Positions 15,167 through 28,461 of a DNA stretch of 64,000 nucleotides are shown one piece after another. Source of the DNA: Calcarisporiella thermophila CBS 279.70 (lineage: Eukaryota > Fungi > Calcarisporiellomycota); the NCBI RefSeq assembly GCF_041956535.1, contig NW_027192205.1:62001-126000 (forward strand), read 5' to 3'. The notes under the pieces are model-generated. The model was not told the origin of the DNA, searched no databases, and was given only the letters and a program-made list of their open reading frames with translations. The stretch's first letter is position 1. Each line of letters opens with the position of its first letter. A program made the position numbers and the translations under genes.

Positions 15167-15996
15167 GACATTCGAGAATTCGATGACCATGGTAATAGAA
15201 ATAAGAAAATCAACAGTAGTCGAAGCGGTCGGAAGAATTTTCTAAAAGTTGAATCAATCCAAAAAATACTAACCTACTTAAGCAATATAAGAAGGCGTGG
15301 ACTATGGAGTAACAGATTGGACCAATATGGCAACGGAAACAAACTGAAGTACAAATAAGCCCAGCTGGAGGACCAAAAGTAGACGAGAGGAAGTGCTTCT
15401 GGAAATTGCGGCAGACTTGAGGGAAAATGAAATGGATGAAAGATATGAACAGATGAGATAGTGAAAGACGCTGCGAGGAAACAAGGATAGAGTTATGTGG
15501 AGGAAAGATAGGTCATATGGGAGATACAGTATGTGTGCCATAGTACTACAAGATCTTTCAATAACGCTCTCGCCATCTTATTTCAGAGTTATCACTAATA
15601 TTTCACCCCTGTTAGAAGTTAAATGGTTGAAATAGTTCGTCTAATTGAACATATAATTCTTGGCGAATATTCACTCAAACTAACAGTTATTTCATTGTGA
15701 TGGTTTTCGGTATTCGAGGGTGAGTCATAGCCTTCTAATCTGGATATGTTAGTGGGATTAACTCTCGTGCCTCGGAAATTAGATCGGATGAATCCCAGCC
15801 ACGCTTGAAGATTGTAAGTGGTGTTTCATCAAGATTATTACTCGCTTAGGTTATGTAGCCACATTCGTATATACTTGGCAACATAGAGTTTGGCCCGATA
15901 ATGTGCCGACCGAAAGGGGTATAAAAGCTTCAAGGACACAAAACAAACTTTTTCTCTAGTTTCAGTCGTCTCAATAAACAATATAGCATTATTTAA

Positions 15997-16903
15997 ATGG
16001 AACAATACAAACAGCCGCAATCTCGAGATGAACATCTCTCACAAAATTCCCGTGCGCCAGTTGTTAACAGTGGACCCGCAACACCGGGCAAAGGACTTTT
16101 ACTTATCGTTATGGGCAAGATAATTTTAAAATTGGCACTGAATATAGGAATAGTAAGTCTATTATTTTGAAACATCTTGCTCTTTGAGCAGGTACCGATT
16201 GCGTGAAATTGATCTTGCATTCCATCGATAGCCCATTGCTCTCTACTATGGTCTGAAGGATAAGATCGGAATTACCTATGCATTGCTCATTGGGTCTGTC
16301 CCCTCATTGCTGCTAGTTGCATGGGATACCATCAGGTATCGCCGCCTTAATGCACTAAGTATGGTCATTCTTGTTGGCTTCGTGGTGAGCGCTCTGCTTT
16401 CATTCGTGACCGGAGATGCACGTGTTCTTCTCATTCGCGAATCATTCGGCCTTGTCGTCACTGGTGCGATTTTCCTTGCGTCTATTGTTCCTTTCCGCTG
16501 GAATCGTTTTCACAATTTCCCCCTCACTCACAACATAAGCAAACAAGCCTATGATGAACCCAACTTCAAAGGAACTGGTATGTCCTTTATGGACCTTGTC
16601 TGGGAAAACTCCCCCCTCTTCCGTCTTACCCATAGACTAAACTCTGCGCTATGGGGCGTGGGTTTAATCCTTGAATTCGGGGTCAAACTCCTTGTTATCT
16701 TCCTTATACCCAATTTTGATGATGCTGTGAATGCTTCCAACATCATTAGCCCTGTTTTTATCGTGGCTTTGATATTGATCAATATTGCCATGTGGAAGAT
16801 TGTAAGGCCTAAGATAAGAGTCGAGATGGGCCCGACTATAGAGCGATTAACAGCAGGAGTACCGCAAGAGAATAGCATCCAATCCAAATCTGAAGAGGTT
16901 TAA
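15997..16903 (+). CDS. VC0807-like (IspA/YciB-related) multi-pass membrane protein, copy 1
   Basis: Exon 1 is 15997-16152 and exon 2 is 16232-16903 (NIGI|PIALYYGLK). Motif TGDARVLLIRESFGLVVTGAIFLAS, then SALWGVGLILE. About 6 TM segments. Confidence 0.75.
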
Positions 16904-18242
16904 CAGCATTTATATTTATGTTCGTTTTTATATTCTATTCTATTTGAGAGGCGATAATTTTGTACAGTCATTTTAAAGTAATTGCAATATTCATTTTCAT
17001 ATATATGATTCCTAATTTTCTGGTTCGAACACTCGGCACTATTTTTACTCTGTACCAAACTCTTTACCCCTTTCCATTAAAAATTTGGCTAGATGGATTA
17101 GAACAGCCTCAGTTAGATCAGGTCACGTTTTTTCCAATACAGATTTGAAATGGGCACTTCGGGTGTTCAAAGACATAGTATCGTGAGCCATTGTACGGGC
17201 TTTAGTTTGTCTGCAAAAAATTCTCTGCCTCACTGCGTGGCATGAAATCTCAGCGAATCTGTTGAGGCCGACATCCAGGGTCGAGTGTAATTTTCTCTAG
17301 CGCGGCGGGCCTTAAGAGACAAACGGGAAATCAGGCCCTAGTTGGGTTTCACTATCCTATAAGGGTCCACCTGCGGCTAACTACGAGATCCGGTCGAATT
17401 TCCGGACACACATGTATCGACTGTAGTCTATGCTGGAGTCTATTTAGATTTGATAGCCCCCTGGTAATACCAGATACCAAATCGTGGGCAGCTTCCCCAT
17501 CTTGATACGTCGATCGAGGCCGTTTAGATTAGTGTCGCAGATTGAAAATGACACGTTTATCCCCAATTTGGAGAAAAGTTGATTAAACGATATTTCGCTC
17601 TTTGCGCCGCTTTCTCTGCTGCGTTGATGAAAACCTGAAGGTCGAGACGGGTTAAATGTAAACTTGGGATTGCTTGCCACTTATACTTTTTAATGCTATT
17701 TAAATTAAATTAATGTAAAAATATAAGATAGCAATGCCTTATCCCCTTATATACCGCTCATTATTAATCAAGTTCTTGTTGCTAATGTGTAAAGTGACAC
17801 TTTGCCTGAGTAACCCTATATCACCCGGAGAAAGAACTTAGGGTGCCATGGTTTGAGGCGCATTGGCCCATTGCGTGTGGCTAATGAATCCTATCTCATT
17901 TATGGTTAACGATTCTCACGCATCCTGGATGAATATGTACAACAAATATAATTTGCGTTACTTGCAGATGCTTTATTATCTTACGAAGGAAGCGAGTAGC
18001 ATGGTCATTTTTTTAAAATAAGAAATATGAAAAACACTGCCACTCTCGAGAATAGGAGGTGATATTTTCAAAACTACTTTTTCAAATATGTACTACACCT
18101 ACAAAAACAGCGCCATGCAGCACTAGTTCGTGTGGGACACTAACTGAAGGCATATAAACGGAGTAGGTTCATATAGCATCTTTTTCTCGAACTTCGTTGG
18201 CCTCGATAAAATAATATCCTTCGATTAGAAAGGATACATAGT

Positions 18243-19163
18243 ATGCGGACGGATTCTCGCGCTAGACCTCGCACTCCGGATATCCAGACGTCAAATTCAA
18301 CACAATTGACTCCCGATATCGAATCCGCAAAAACGCCTTCGAAACATGAGAAATTTCTCATATTAAACATTATTGGCAGAGTCTTCATAAAAATGGCACT
18401 GAATATTGGAATGGTATATCTGTTGTCTTTGAGTATATTGCTATTAAAACTGGTACTATCTGTATGAAAATGCTCATATAATTTATTATCCCTAGCCCCT
18501 TGCTCTTTACTATGGCCTGAAGGATAAAGTCGGGAATACCTACGCATTACTCATTGGGTCTGTTCCTTCATTGCTGTTGGTTGTGTGGGATATCGTCAGG
18601 TATCGCCGTATTAATGCACTAAGCACGATCATCCTAGTTGGTTTCGTACTGGGGCCATTCTCTCTTTTGTGACCGGAGAAGCACGTATTCTTCTCGTTCG
18701 CGAATCCTTCGGCCTCGTTTTCACTAGCGTGCTCTTCCTTGCATCTATTGTTCCTTTCCGTTGGAATCGTTTTCACACCCTCCCTCTCACTTACTCCATA
18801 AGCAAACAAGCTTATGATATACTCAATTTTAAGGAATCCGGGATGTCATTAATGGGGTTTTCTTGGGAATATTCTCCTTATTTCCGCTCCATGCACAGGT
18901 TTGCTTCTGCCGTGTGGGGCGTGGGTTTAATACTTGAATTCGGAGTCAAGCTTACCGTCATATTTCTATTACCGCTTGATCAGGCGGTAAATACATCGAG
19001 CATTATTAGTGCAGTTTTCTTAGCATCGTTATGTTTGATCACCGTTATTATTTGGAAGAGGGGAAGTCCTAAGGTGAAAGCCGAGATGGCCCCGAACGAG
19101 GAGAAGCTGAAAGCAGAAGAAGATAAAGAGAATGGCACTCAATTCAAGTCTGACGTGGCATAG
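18243..19163 (+). pseudogene. VC0807-like membrane protein, copy 2, with a -1 frameshift (pseudogene or assembly error)
   Basis: Same intron position as copy 1 (exon 2 starts at 18496). The G4 run at 18651-18654 lacks one base, so the exon-2 frame stops at TGA 18670-18672 while homology continues in ORF 18669-19163. Confidence 0.75.
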
Positions 19164-19708
19164 TTTAATTAGCTCTTTGTTTGCATACTCTTCATTGTCG
19201 AGATCTCCATACCACTCAAATTTTATTTAAAAAATACCAACTTTACTAAATTATAAATGTAGAATCCATTTTGTATATGTGGATAATAGTGTGATGTCTG
19301 AGCTATTTCGGTACAATTTAACCTCATTGCCGCTTCGTCGCCTATATCAAAAATACAGTATCCAGTTTCTTTGAAATCCAGCCTCGCCGAGTATTTTAGT
19401 AAGGTACGGAACCCTGAGGAAATATTCCATAAAATTAGTACCATGTATTATCATCCAAGCAGTGTCATGTCCCTGATCACTTAATCCGAGGAAAAGTTTG
19501 TATAGATAGGTTTACCATGGGCTTGAGTTCGGATAGAAAGAGTATTAAGTAAAAAAATAGGGGTTATACATATAAGTGGAGAAACTAGGAAACTCTACAT
19601 AAAAAAGCTTTCCTAAAACCCATCAAGAGCAATAAAGTGATTAGAAATGAAATGTACAATAAAATAAATGTTAAAATATCGAGACAAAAAAATCTAAAAT
19701 AGAATCCG

Positions 19709-21226
19709 TTATTCATTCTCAATATTCTCAGAGCCCGTGGTGACTGCACCATCTAAGAAATAAAAAAATGTGATGGGGTTATTCGAGCACTATTCGTCCA
19801 AGAGTAGATGAATAACTTACCAAGCAAAAATTCAATGTTTTTAGGTCTTTGCGGAGAGCCAGGAGGGGGGAATTTCGCCCCTGTCAAATTGGCATTCCTA
19901 AAGTTAATCTTCCCGTCTCCAACTTTGTTCCCCAATGGCTCCATTTGATTGGCAGGTTTGGGTGGTGGAAGTCCCCAATTAAGTGGTCTGAAGTTATCAT
20001 TCTCTGGTGGAGGTTCTGAAAAAACAAACGAGGCATTCCGAAAATCTGCGCCCTCAAGATTCGAGCCAGCAAAGGTAGATCCACCTGCGATGGTATAGCC
20101 AGAAAACGAGAGCCCTGTGCAGTCGGTTTTGGAGAGAAGAAAGGTGGTGGTTTTGACTTTTTCAGGTGGGTTAAAAGTATTTTCAGGTGCAGGCCTAGGA
20201 TATCCAAAGAGAGGAGGGGCCAGTGGTGGAGGTGGCTGAGCAGGAGTTCCAAAAGAGAAACTAATAGAGCTGGGTTGTGCTCTTTCTTCGCCGAAAGGAG
20301 ATGCTAGGTATGGTTTTAAGAGCGAGGAAAAGTTAGGATATAACCGATGTAGCTCTGATTGAGTTATTCGAGTTAGACCATGCCACTTCAAGTTGGATAG
20401 CCCTTTAATCTGATAGAAAGCTGCCTCGCGAGTAATTTCGTCGACAGTTATATCGTCAAGCTGCTGTGGAGGCATTCGAAAGTCGCGGAGGTAGTTGAGA
20501 ATGAGACGGAAATGAGTGCCATCTCGATCAATAAAGTAGCTCCCATCCGGATCAGGTTTCAACGAGTGTCGACCTGAAAACATGGCTGCTAGCATGCTGT
20601 TCGGGTCACGTTTCAGGGTGGTAAGTGAAGTCTCAAATAAAAGCCCTCCTACATTTAATTTAATTTTTTCGTTTTGGAACTTCATTACATCTAGAAAACG
20701 GATGGCGTATTAATATATCTAGAGAGATGAATTTCACACTAAAACAATCCAGAATCAACAGAGCATTACCTTTCATCAGCGTTGTCTCTTGCTGAAGCTT
20801 CTCTTTTTCAATTTCAAGCTCTTCTTTCTGCTCTTCAAGCTCTGCTGCAAATTTTTCGTAACTTGTAGTCATTCGCTGGAAGAAATCCTGTTTGGCGCTC
20901 TCGAATTTGTCTTCAAGCAAATGGAGTTTATCAAACGATTTATTCAAGTCATTGATGATAGCTGCAATAAGGTCAAGAGGAAAGAGAATTAACGGATTTA
21001 CTATCTTGTTTATTTTCATTAATATACCTTTTCGTTGCGATGAGAATTCGAGCTTTTGCTTTTCAAGTTCAGGGTCCAATTCCTTGTACGCTGCAAACTT
21101 TGACGATGTCTTTTGCTTTTCTGCCTTTTCAATATAAGCTTTAAGTTCCTTATTAAAGGTCTCCCATTTCGTTGGATCTAATATTAGACTATCTGCTCTC
21201 TCTGTGCCAGCTTCTTGGCTGCCCAT
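19709..21226 (-). CDS. Coiled-coil + BTB/POZ (KCTD/T1-type) + pentapeptide-repeat protein (KCTD9-like)
   Basis: IKLNVGGLLFETSLTTL...SMLAAMFSGR...YFIDRDGTHFRLILNYLRD. Pentapeptides FAGSNLEGADFRNASF and FRNANLTGAKF. Start is 21226 or 21328; short last exon DGAVTTGSENIENE*. Confidence 0.85.
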
Positions 21227-22351
21227 TGAAGTCGAACGGCCAAGGTGATCAAAAAAACTGCGATTATAATCATTTGAAAAACTGGATCTTAGCAGGGGAA
21301 GAACATAGTAAAGAAAATACCTTGCCATCTAAGCTACTGCTCCCTATTGCAGTTGCAAACTCTTAGAAGACCAGAGGCCAATGTCGTGTTTATTGCCAGT
21401 ACCGATGTGTGTGGGGCCCTAACACCGCTTATTTTTATCGAATATATTAAAAAAGCTCTTCCACTAAGAAGAAAGGTGCCTAGATCAGGCGATGGCAATC
21501 TTGATTTAGTTGTATATGTGATTATAGATCTGAAAATTTTTATGGGGAGGAAAAGAAACAAGTGGATCTAACATAGAATGGTGGTCATCCCATATTAGGA
21601 TGTCAAGAATCAGCATCACACAGTTTATGCTAACGTATAAATTCTAAATCAATTTAAACTTGCCAAGTATATAAACTCGGATTTTTCTTTGTTAATTTTA
21701 CTTGGTTACCATAGTATAGTAATCAAAATCCAAATCGTGCTAATTTCTCTATGTGAAAATAAGTGCCGGTTATCTCTACATGCTAGTATCTATTAATAAG
21801 CTATTTCAGAATTTTTTAGCATACTTTATTTTGCATATGGACTCCAATTGAGAATATTTGTGAAGTTGGTTAGAGTATATATGTTTCTTTAAAAAAATCA
21901 TAGGTATATATAAACGATTATTGCTAGTAAAACATTATTAGCTATACATTACGTAGATATTCAGGAAAACTAATCCAGAACAATTAGCGTGAATACAAAC
22001 AATAAGATATGCATTCAATAGAGGTTCCAATCTTTAAAATCCATTTACATTCTCCAAGAACCCTGCGCAGCATTTAAATTCTATTACCTTTCAAATTGAG
22101 TTTGGAAATTGGGTTTTCGTTCTTAATATTAAATTTATCTTTGAAAGATATATTTTTTGTAAACAACATGTACGAGGTTTTGTCAAATATTCAGGTGCCC
22201 TCAATACTAAAACAACTTTCCTATGAATTTAATACTGGTACACTTTATGTAGGAAGGGTGACTTTTAGTTACTTTTTTAGTAAAATTGTAATGGTTATGA
22301 AGATACATTATATCCTTTAATATAAGTATTAAATAATTTTCTAGTGCAAAT

Positions 22352-23190
22352 TTGTTCCCTTGGTCACATTTCTTAAATCAATTCTGTTACGGGCTTCGCA
22401 CAACATTTTTTTATAAAGGATCTTGGTGCTGCCTATATCATGTAAATGGATATTTTCATTGTACCAAGCGTAACTATTTCAGTAGTTGCTCGATCATGGA
22501 TAATGTACGTGATGTTTTATCGGATCATAAAACAAAGTATGCAGATCATACTTAGAATGTTTGGGACCTTGATCATACAAACATTAATACGGTCGTTATA
22601 TTTCCATCTATAAAATATTTCGATACGCAGCTAAATAGTCCATTTGATCTTTGCTTCATCTTTGGATGCGACGTGAGTTCAGGATGGTTCACGATAATTG
22701 CTTAAGGGAGCACGCGAACGCCATTTGTACTTATTTATTTTAATTAGTGTTATATAAAGTAGTCGTTTTCAAACCGCTCTGATAAATTGAACGTAGATGC
22801 TTATGGGGATTTAGAAGTATACTCATAAAAAGAAACAAATTAGAGGTGTGAACCAGATAGGTCCACGTACATGTTATGATGAGAGTAACCGGATTGCTGT
22901 GAGGATTAATTACAGCCAGATGCACCAGGACGATGTTGATGTATGAGTAGCATATCCCAGAAATCAAAGAGACATGGTTGAGTGCAATTTTAATATACAA
23001 GATTTAAGAGGCAAAAAGTTGACCCTATCTGGCGATGGATCGCAAACTATGTCGTTTCAGTATATACGTTGCCTTGTTGATGACCTTATTCTTTTATGAC
23101 TAAGACCTTCGCTGAGCCCGTCAATTTAGGTAACTTAGAAGAGAATACAGTCATTGTGTTCGCCGAGTTGGTGCTAGACTATTCGATCCT
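22352..23190 (+). pseudogene. UXS1: Decayed UDP-glucuronate decarboxylase (UDP-xylose synthase) pseudogene
   Basis: Collinear fragments: YGDLEVYS*KETN* (22802), VNQIGPRTCYDESNRIA (22848), DVDV*VA, NFNIQDLRGKKLTLSGDGSQTMSFQYIRCLVDDLIL, then a frameshift to MTKTFAEPVNLGNLEENTVIVFAELV. Contains stops and frameshifts. The 5' limit is approximate. Confidence 0.8.
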
Positions 23191-23735
23191 TCAGTCAACA
23201 TTAGGTGTCTATATTCAACGACGGAACCTCAGTGCTGAAAACCAGGTACTTTTTGTGCGCGTCAGCATCTCAACTGGAGCCCTCGGCTTATAGTGAAACA
23301 AGGATTGGAAGAAAAATAGGATATTTCGTACACGTGCTAGAGAGGCCCAATTATCAAACCTCAGTCTTTAACTACTTCTTCATTTTTAGTCCCCCTATAA
23401 AAATTGGTATATCTCCTTGTATGATATGGCTGGTAGCTCAAAGTAGTAAAAGGTAATGGAACGAGGGCGTTTTTCACTAGTTTTTATAGCTTTTCATATG
23501 TATTTTTGCTGGTTTTTTTAAGATGTAGATATTGCTTCTTCCTTTTTGTGCAGAGGAGGACAATAGACAGTTTGACAAATTCCGCGGTACAGAGAAATTT
23601 ACGTGTTCCGAGGATAGGCTTTTGAATCGCATGTGAACGTGTGGGGTGAATTATTTAAGCACTGCCACCCACGTAAATTCAAACTCCATAAATTTTGGTT
23701 ATTCTGCTCAACGTCTTGGACCCTAATCAATTGTA

Positions 23736-26549
23736 ATGGATGTAAGGTTGCAAACTCTGAAAGACATCGCTGATGCCCGTTCCCGGGCCACTTTCAACGT
23801 CCGCGAAATGTCGGAATTTATCTTTGGAGGCAAGGAAAATTTCGAGTCCATGATGGAAATTAACGACATTATAACCAGCGATCCTATATGCACTTGGAAG
23901 GATAAGTAAGCGCCATAGTCACCAGATACAATTAGATGACGTCGCTAAACTCTGATAACATCACTTATTTTTGTTTAGACAGTTTATGGATAGAAGAGAG
24001 GTATCAGCATCACTATCAATTCTTAGAAACTCTCTAAACTGTAGCTAATGCATTAAACCCAAGTAGATATTGCTTCGGGGTTTAGCAGTCAGTAAAAGAC
24101 TTGTGGAATTGCGCAACAAATATGACTGGAATCTCCAGGAACTTCTATATGCAATGAGCTACAGTACTGAACATGTGCCGGTCAGTAGTCTTGGAACACA
24201 TTTGCCTTTCTAATACTCACAAGCATTTCATATACCTCTAGATATTTTTGCACTTTTCTGGTAATTTCAAGATGTTTCTTACTTTGATGACCTTTTTTTC
24301 TCATATTCAATTATTATCATTATAGCTTTTATTCCAGTTATCATTTCTCAAGGAACTGATGAACAGCAAGACGAATGGCTTCCACTTGCTGAGAGTTGCA
24401 GAATTATCGGTGCCTATGCACAGACTGAACTTGGTCATGGCTCCAACGTACAGGGACTCGAAACTACCGCCACCTATATTCCTGAAACTGATGAGTTTGA
24501 GCTTGATAGTAACTCGTTTACGGGAGCTAAGTATGTTCAGTTTAGAGATGGAATATTCTTATTAGGCTTGAGATTAAAAGCCTATCCTTTTTTTTTTGGA
24601 TCTTAGATGGTGGATTGGCGGCATTGGATTGTTAGGCACGCATGCTGTTGTTCAGGCCAAATTGATTTTGAAAGGAAAAAATTACGGCCCTCATGTTTTC
24701 ATTGCGCCGCTTCGCTCTCTGGGTATGTTGATCTCTTTGCCTTGAATTCGATTCGGATACATTAACGGGCCTATTTGTAGAGGACCATAAGGTTTATCCA
24801 GGAGTTGCAATTGGTGATATTGGACCAAAAGCTTATGGTGGATTTAGCGCTATGGATAACGCGTGTAATGTTCTTTTTTTTATTGACTTTATTGACTTTT
24901 AGGTATACCCTGGAAGCTAATATTTTTCTCTCTAGTTTTAAGATTACATAAATATCGTATCCCAAGGACGAATATGCTTATGCGATTTTCTAAAGTAACT
25001 AAAGATGGTGAATACATTAAACCCCCGCACTCAAAGGTAAAAATGTGATACTGGAAATTATTTCGATTCTTCAAATAACTCTACTCTTATAGTTGTCATA
25101 TGGAAGTATGGTGGCTCTACGAGCTATGCTTGTGAGACAATCAGGGATGACTCTTTCTCGGGGTGTTACCATTGCTTCTCGATATCTCACGGTGCGACGG
25201 CAATTTTCTGATGGAGGCGAAATGGAACGCCAAGTGATTAATTACCCCTCAGTTCAGCATCGGATATTCCCACTTATCGCCACAACTTATGCACTTTGTC
25301 TCACTGGTGACGAGATGATTGCCAGATATATTAACGTAAACTAATGAAATCCTATGTTCTATACATATATTCGGACTGAATTTCTCTTAATAGTTAACTG
25401 CCGAGCTCTCTCAAAACAATATTTCATCGCTTGCTGATGTACATGCATTATCTAGTGGACTAAAGAGCTACTGCACACGGGTTGCAGCTGATGGGTTGGA
25501 AGAATGTCGCAAATCTCTAGGAGGTATATATTAATAATATTCCCCGATCCTTAATGATGAATGATTAAAATATATCATGTATGATCAAGGTCATGGATTC
25601 TCAGTATTTAGCGGCATTTCTGACATATTTGCCAACTACGTCCCGACAAATACTTTTGAGGGGGATAATTTTCTACTAACTCAACAAACTGGTAGTGAAT
25701 TTATTAACTTATCTAGCCACATGTCAATCCATTCACTAACAAAACTATTGAAATCGAATTAGCACGTTATCTTATAAAGCAACTCGAGGCCGCCCAAAGT
25801 GGGTCACTTGAACCACAGACTTTTAGCCGGTATCTTAATCTGGTAAAGGATGTGAACAAATTCATGAACTCGCATCCGCGAATTAGTTCCCCAGAATCAT
25901 TGCTGGACCCGACCCTACAACTTGAGATTTTGGAGCATCGTGCTGCCTATTTTGTGTTGGATCTAGCTCGTGCAACTAAAAATCCAGAGAGAAAGAATCA
26001 AAACGGATGGAGCGAATTCAATATTGAATGTCAAAGAGTTAGCTTGGCCCATAGTGAATATGTGGTTACCCGCTGTTTTACAGAGAGAATAGAAGAGATT
26101 AAGGACACAAATAGCAATCTCTTCAATATTCTATCAAAATTGCGGAACATAGTATGTACCTTGTCTTCCTCTTATCTCAGTTTTTGCCTTATGCATTTAT
26201 ATTTTTCATTGAATAGTTCTTCCTACATACTGTGAGCCTGCGTGCCGGTGATTTTATGGAAGATGGATACTTACGTCCAGCTGATCTAGAGCATCTTCGC
26301 AAACAGCTTCGTCTTTCCATTGCTGAGCTTTCACCGGATGCCATCGCTCTCACTGACGCATTTTGTCTAAAGGATGTGTTTCTCTGGAGTGCACTTGGTC
26401 GATACGATGGGGATGCCTATGGAGCCTTATGGGATGCAGCACAACGCAATCCCATCAATATTGAAGTCTCTAAACGAAACGGGATTGCCATTGGCTATGA
26501 GGAATATATACGACCATTAATTAAGGGAACCCTTGAATCCAAACTTTAG
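23736..26549 (+). CDS. POX1: Peroxisomal acyl-CoA oxidase
   Basis: GAYAQTELGHGSNVQGLETTA, KWWIGG, RYLTVRRQF, TFEGDNFLL, SALGRYDG. C-terminal PTS1 -SKL. Many introns. Confidence 0.93.
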
Positions 26550-27834
26550 CCACCCTTCATATTAACTTTATAACCATATTATTTAGCTCGTTGATTTTTT
26601 TAAATTTAGGACTGTGCCTATAAATAAATTATTTAAAGTAAATCTTATAAACCATTAATTAATCCTCATTAAAAGTATAACTTTCAAAATCACCAGGATT
26701 AAAAAGGAGGAGTATCCTGAATGCAATTTTTAAGACAATCGAAATAAAGAATGAAATCGATCTTGAGTAATTGGAATAAGTAGCTATATAAAATCAGAAA
26801 TTTGCTAAGGGTGGTAATTATTCTTGACTGTAGATACTTGTGAAAATGAAGTCATTTTCGAGATAGAGACTACTGAATAATCTGTTGTATTTTAGAGCAT
26901 ATTAGAGCAATAAACCAATAAATGCTATAAATTTATATTTATTCATTAATAATGTAGATAGTTATCTTCTTCGGCGCATTGAAATCCATTCACACAGGAG
27001 AGATTGATATTGTTGCAGCTCTTACGTTATCAATTAACAAAATTGGTTAATTATATGGATCTTGGACAAAGGTTGATATACAGGCTATAATATGCGCTTG
27101 CTCTTTCTCCGTTGTCGATTTTTCAAATCGTTGAGATATAAGAGTCCAGGGTCTCTTATGGCATACCATATTGCACTTAAAACCGAGTGGTAACTTTGGG
27201 GTAGATTGATCTCGAGATATCCCTATTTTCTCATACTGTTTTTCCATTAATTCACGGAGTTGAAGGACAAGTCCAAGGATAATAACTTTTTCCGGAATTT
27301 CATCTCTTGATTGTGTGCTTTCTCTCTTTGACTCAGTATTGACAAAGGATCATTGATAGATTTCAATATATATCATGATCAGGAACTGTAAGCTATTTGT
27401 GAGCTTTTGATTGTATTATCATTGTATTTTATCCACTTGAATATTAGAGTGAACTATTCGAGTCTATTTGAGCCGACACTTTAGCCTATAATAATATTTT
27501 AATTATCCTACTCTTTAAACCGTTTGCGCTCACAGTTAATGAGGCTGTTTGATATTCCCACGGTAAAACCATTTTTAATACTATTATATCATCTTTGCTC
27601 AGCTTGTTGCTTTCTAGCTCAACCGTCCCGTAAACAGTAGTTAGATTTTACTTGATTTAGATTCCAAATATAGACCAATTGTATTGACTAATTCGTAGGA
27701 TTACAACTTATTACTATCAAACATATACCAAATCTGCCGCAGTGCCGTTGGAATTTAATCACAAGAAATTCGTGTGTTTATTCTTTTCGCTTATCTTCAC
27801 ATCCATCCTTCGAGTTACTTAAATTTAATTAATT

Positions 27835-28461
27835 ATGGCGGAGCAAAAATACATCTCTACCGAGGAAGTCTCCAAATACAATACACGAAAAGAATTGTGG
27901 GTGTTGCTGCATAATAAAGTGTACAACATCACCAAGTTTATGGATGAGGTCAGTTCTTCTAATATTTTCTCGAGCATTAACAACAAGCTTAATTCTTGAA
28001 TGTATTTCGCGATAAAAATTAGCATCCCGGTGGCGAAGAGGTACTCCTTGATGTTGCTGGCCAGGATTGCACTGAGGCATTTGAAGATGTAGGACACAGC
28101 CAAGAGGCCCGTGATATGCTTTCTGAGTATTACGTTGGTGATCTTGATGTAAGAGTTTTCTTTTTTTTTTTTGCTTTCGCTGGTCTCTAATTTAAGTAAA
28201 AATATGAACGTGCTGGAATTCTATGTTAACAGCCTTCGGAGGTAACCACATCTGCAACTAAATCAAATGGAAGCGCCGCTCCAATTTCGTCCAGTACAGA
28301 TGGAAAGGCCCCGGAGGGAAAGTAAGTCAGCTCTGGAAATTCTGTCGAGTAATAGATGATATTGATCCAGTAATATAATATTTCATTGCTTTAGTGCTTT
28401 CCGCATTCTCGTCCCTATCGTCCTCTTCGCAGGATGGCTTACTTACCGTTATCTAGCGTAG
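27835..28461 (+). CDS. CYB5: Cytochrome b5, tail-anchored
   Basis: Not in the ORF track. Spliced: [38 protein letters not shown]|[26 protein letters not shown], with a C-terminal TM ([18 protein letters not shown]). Confidence 0.93.

Noticed and set aside
17022-17040. GGTTCGAAC B-box-like motif (possible tRNA or SINE)
   Set aside because: No cloverleaf or A box is present.
27047-27247. Short ORF with PWTLIS, faintly like a Gypsy integrase
   Set aside because: No supporting HHCC or DDE motifs nearby.
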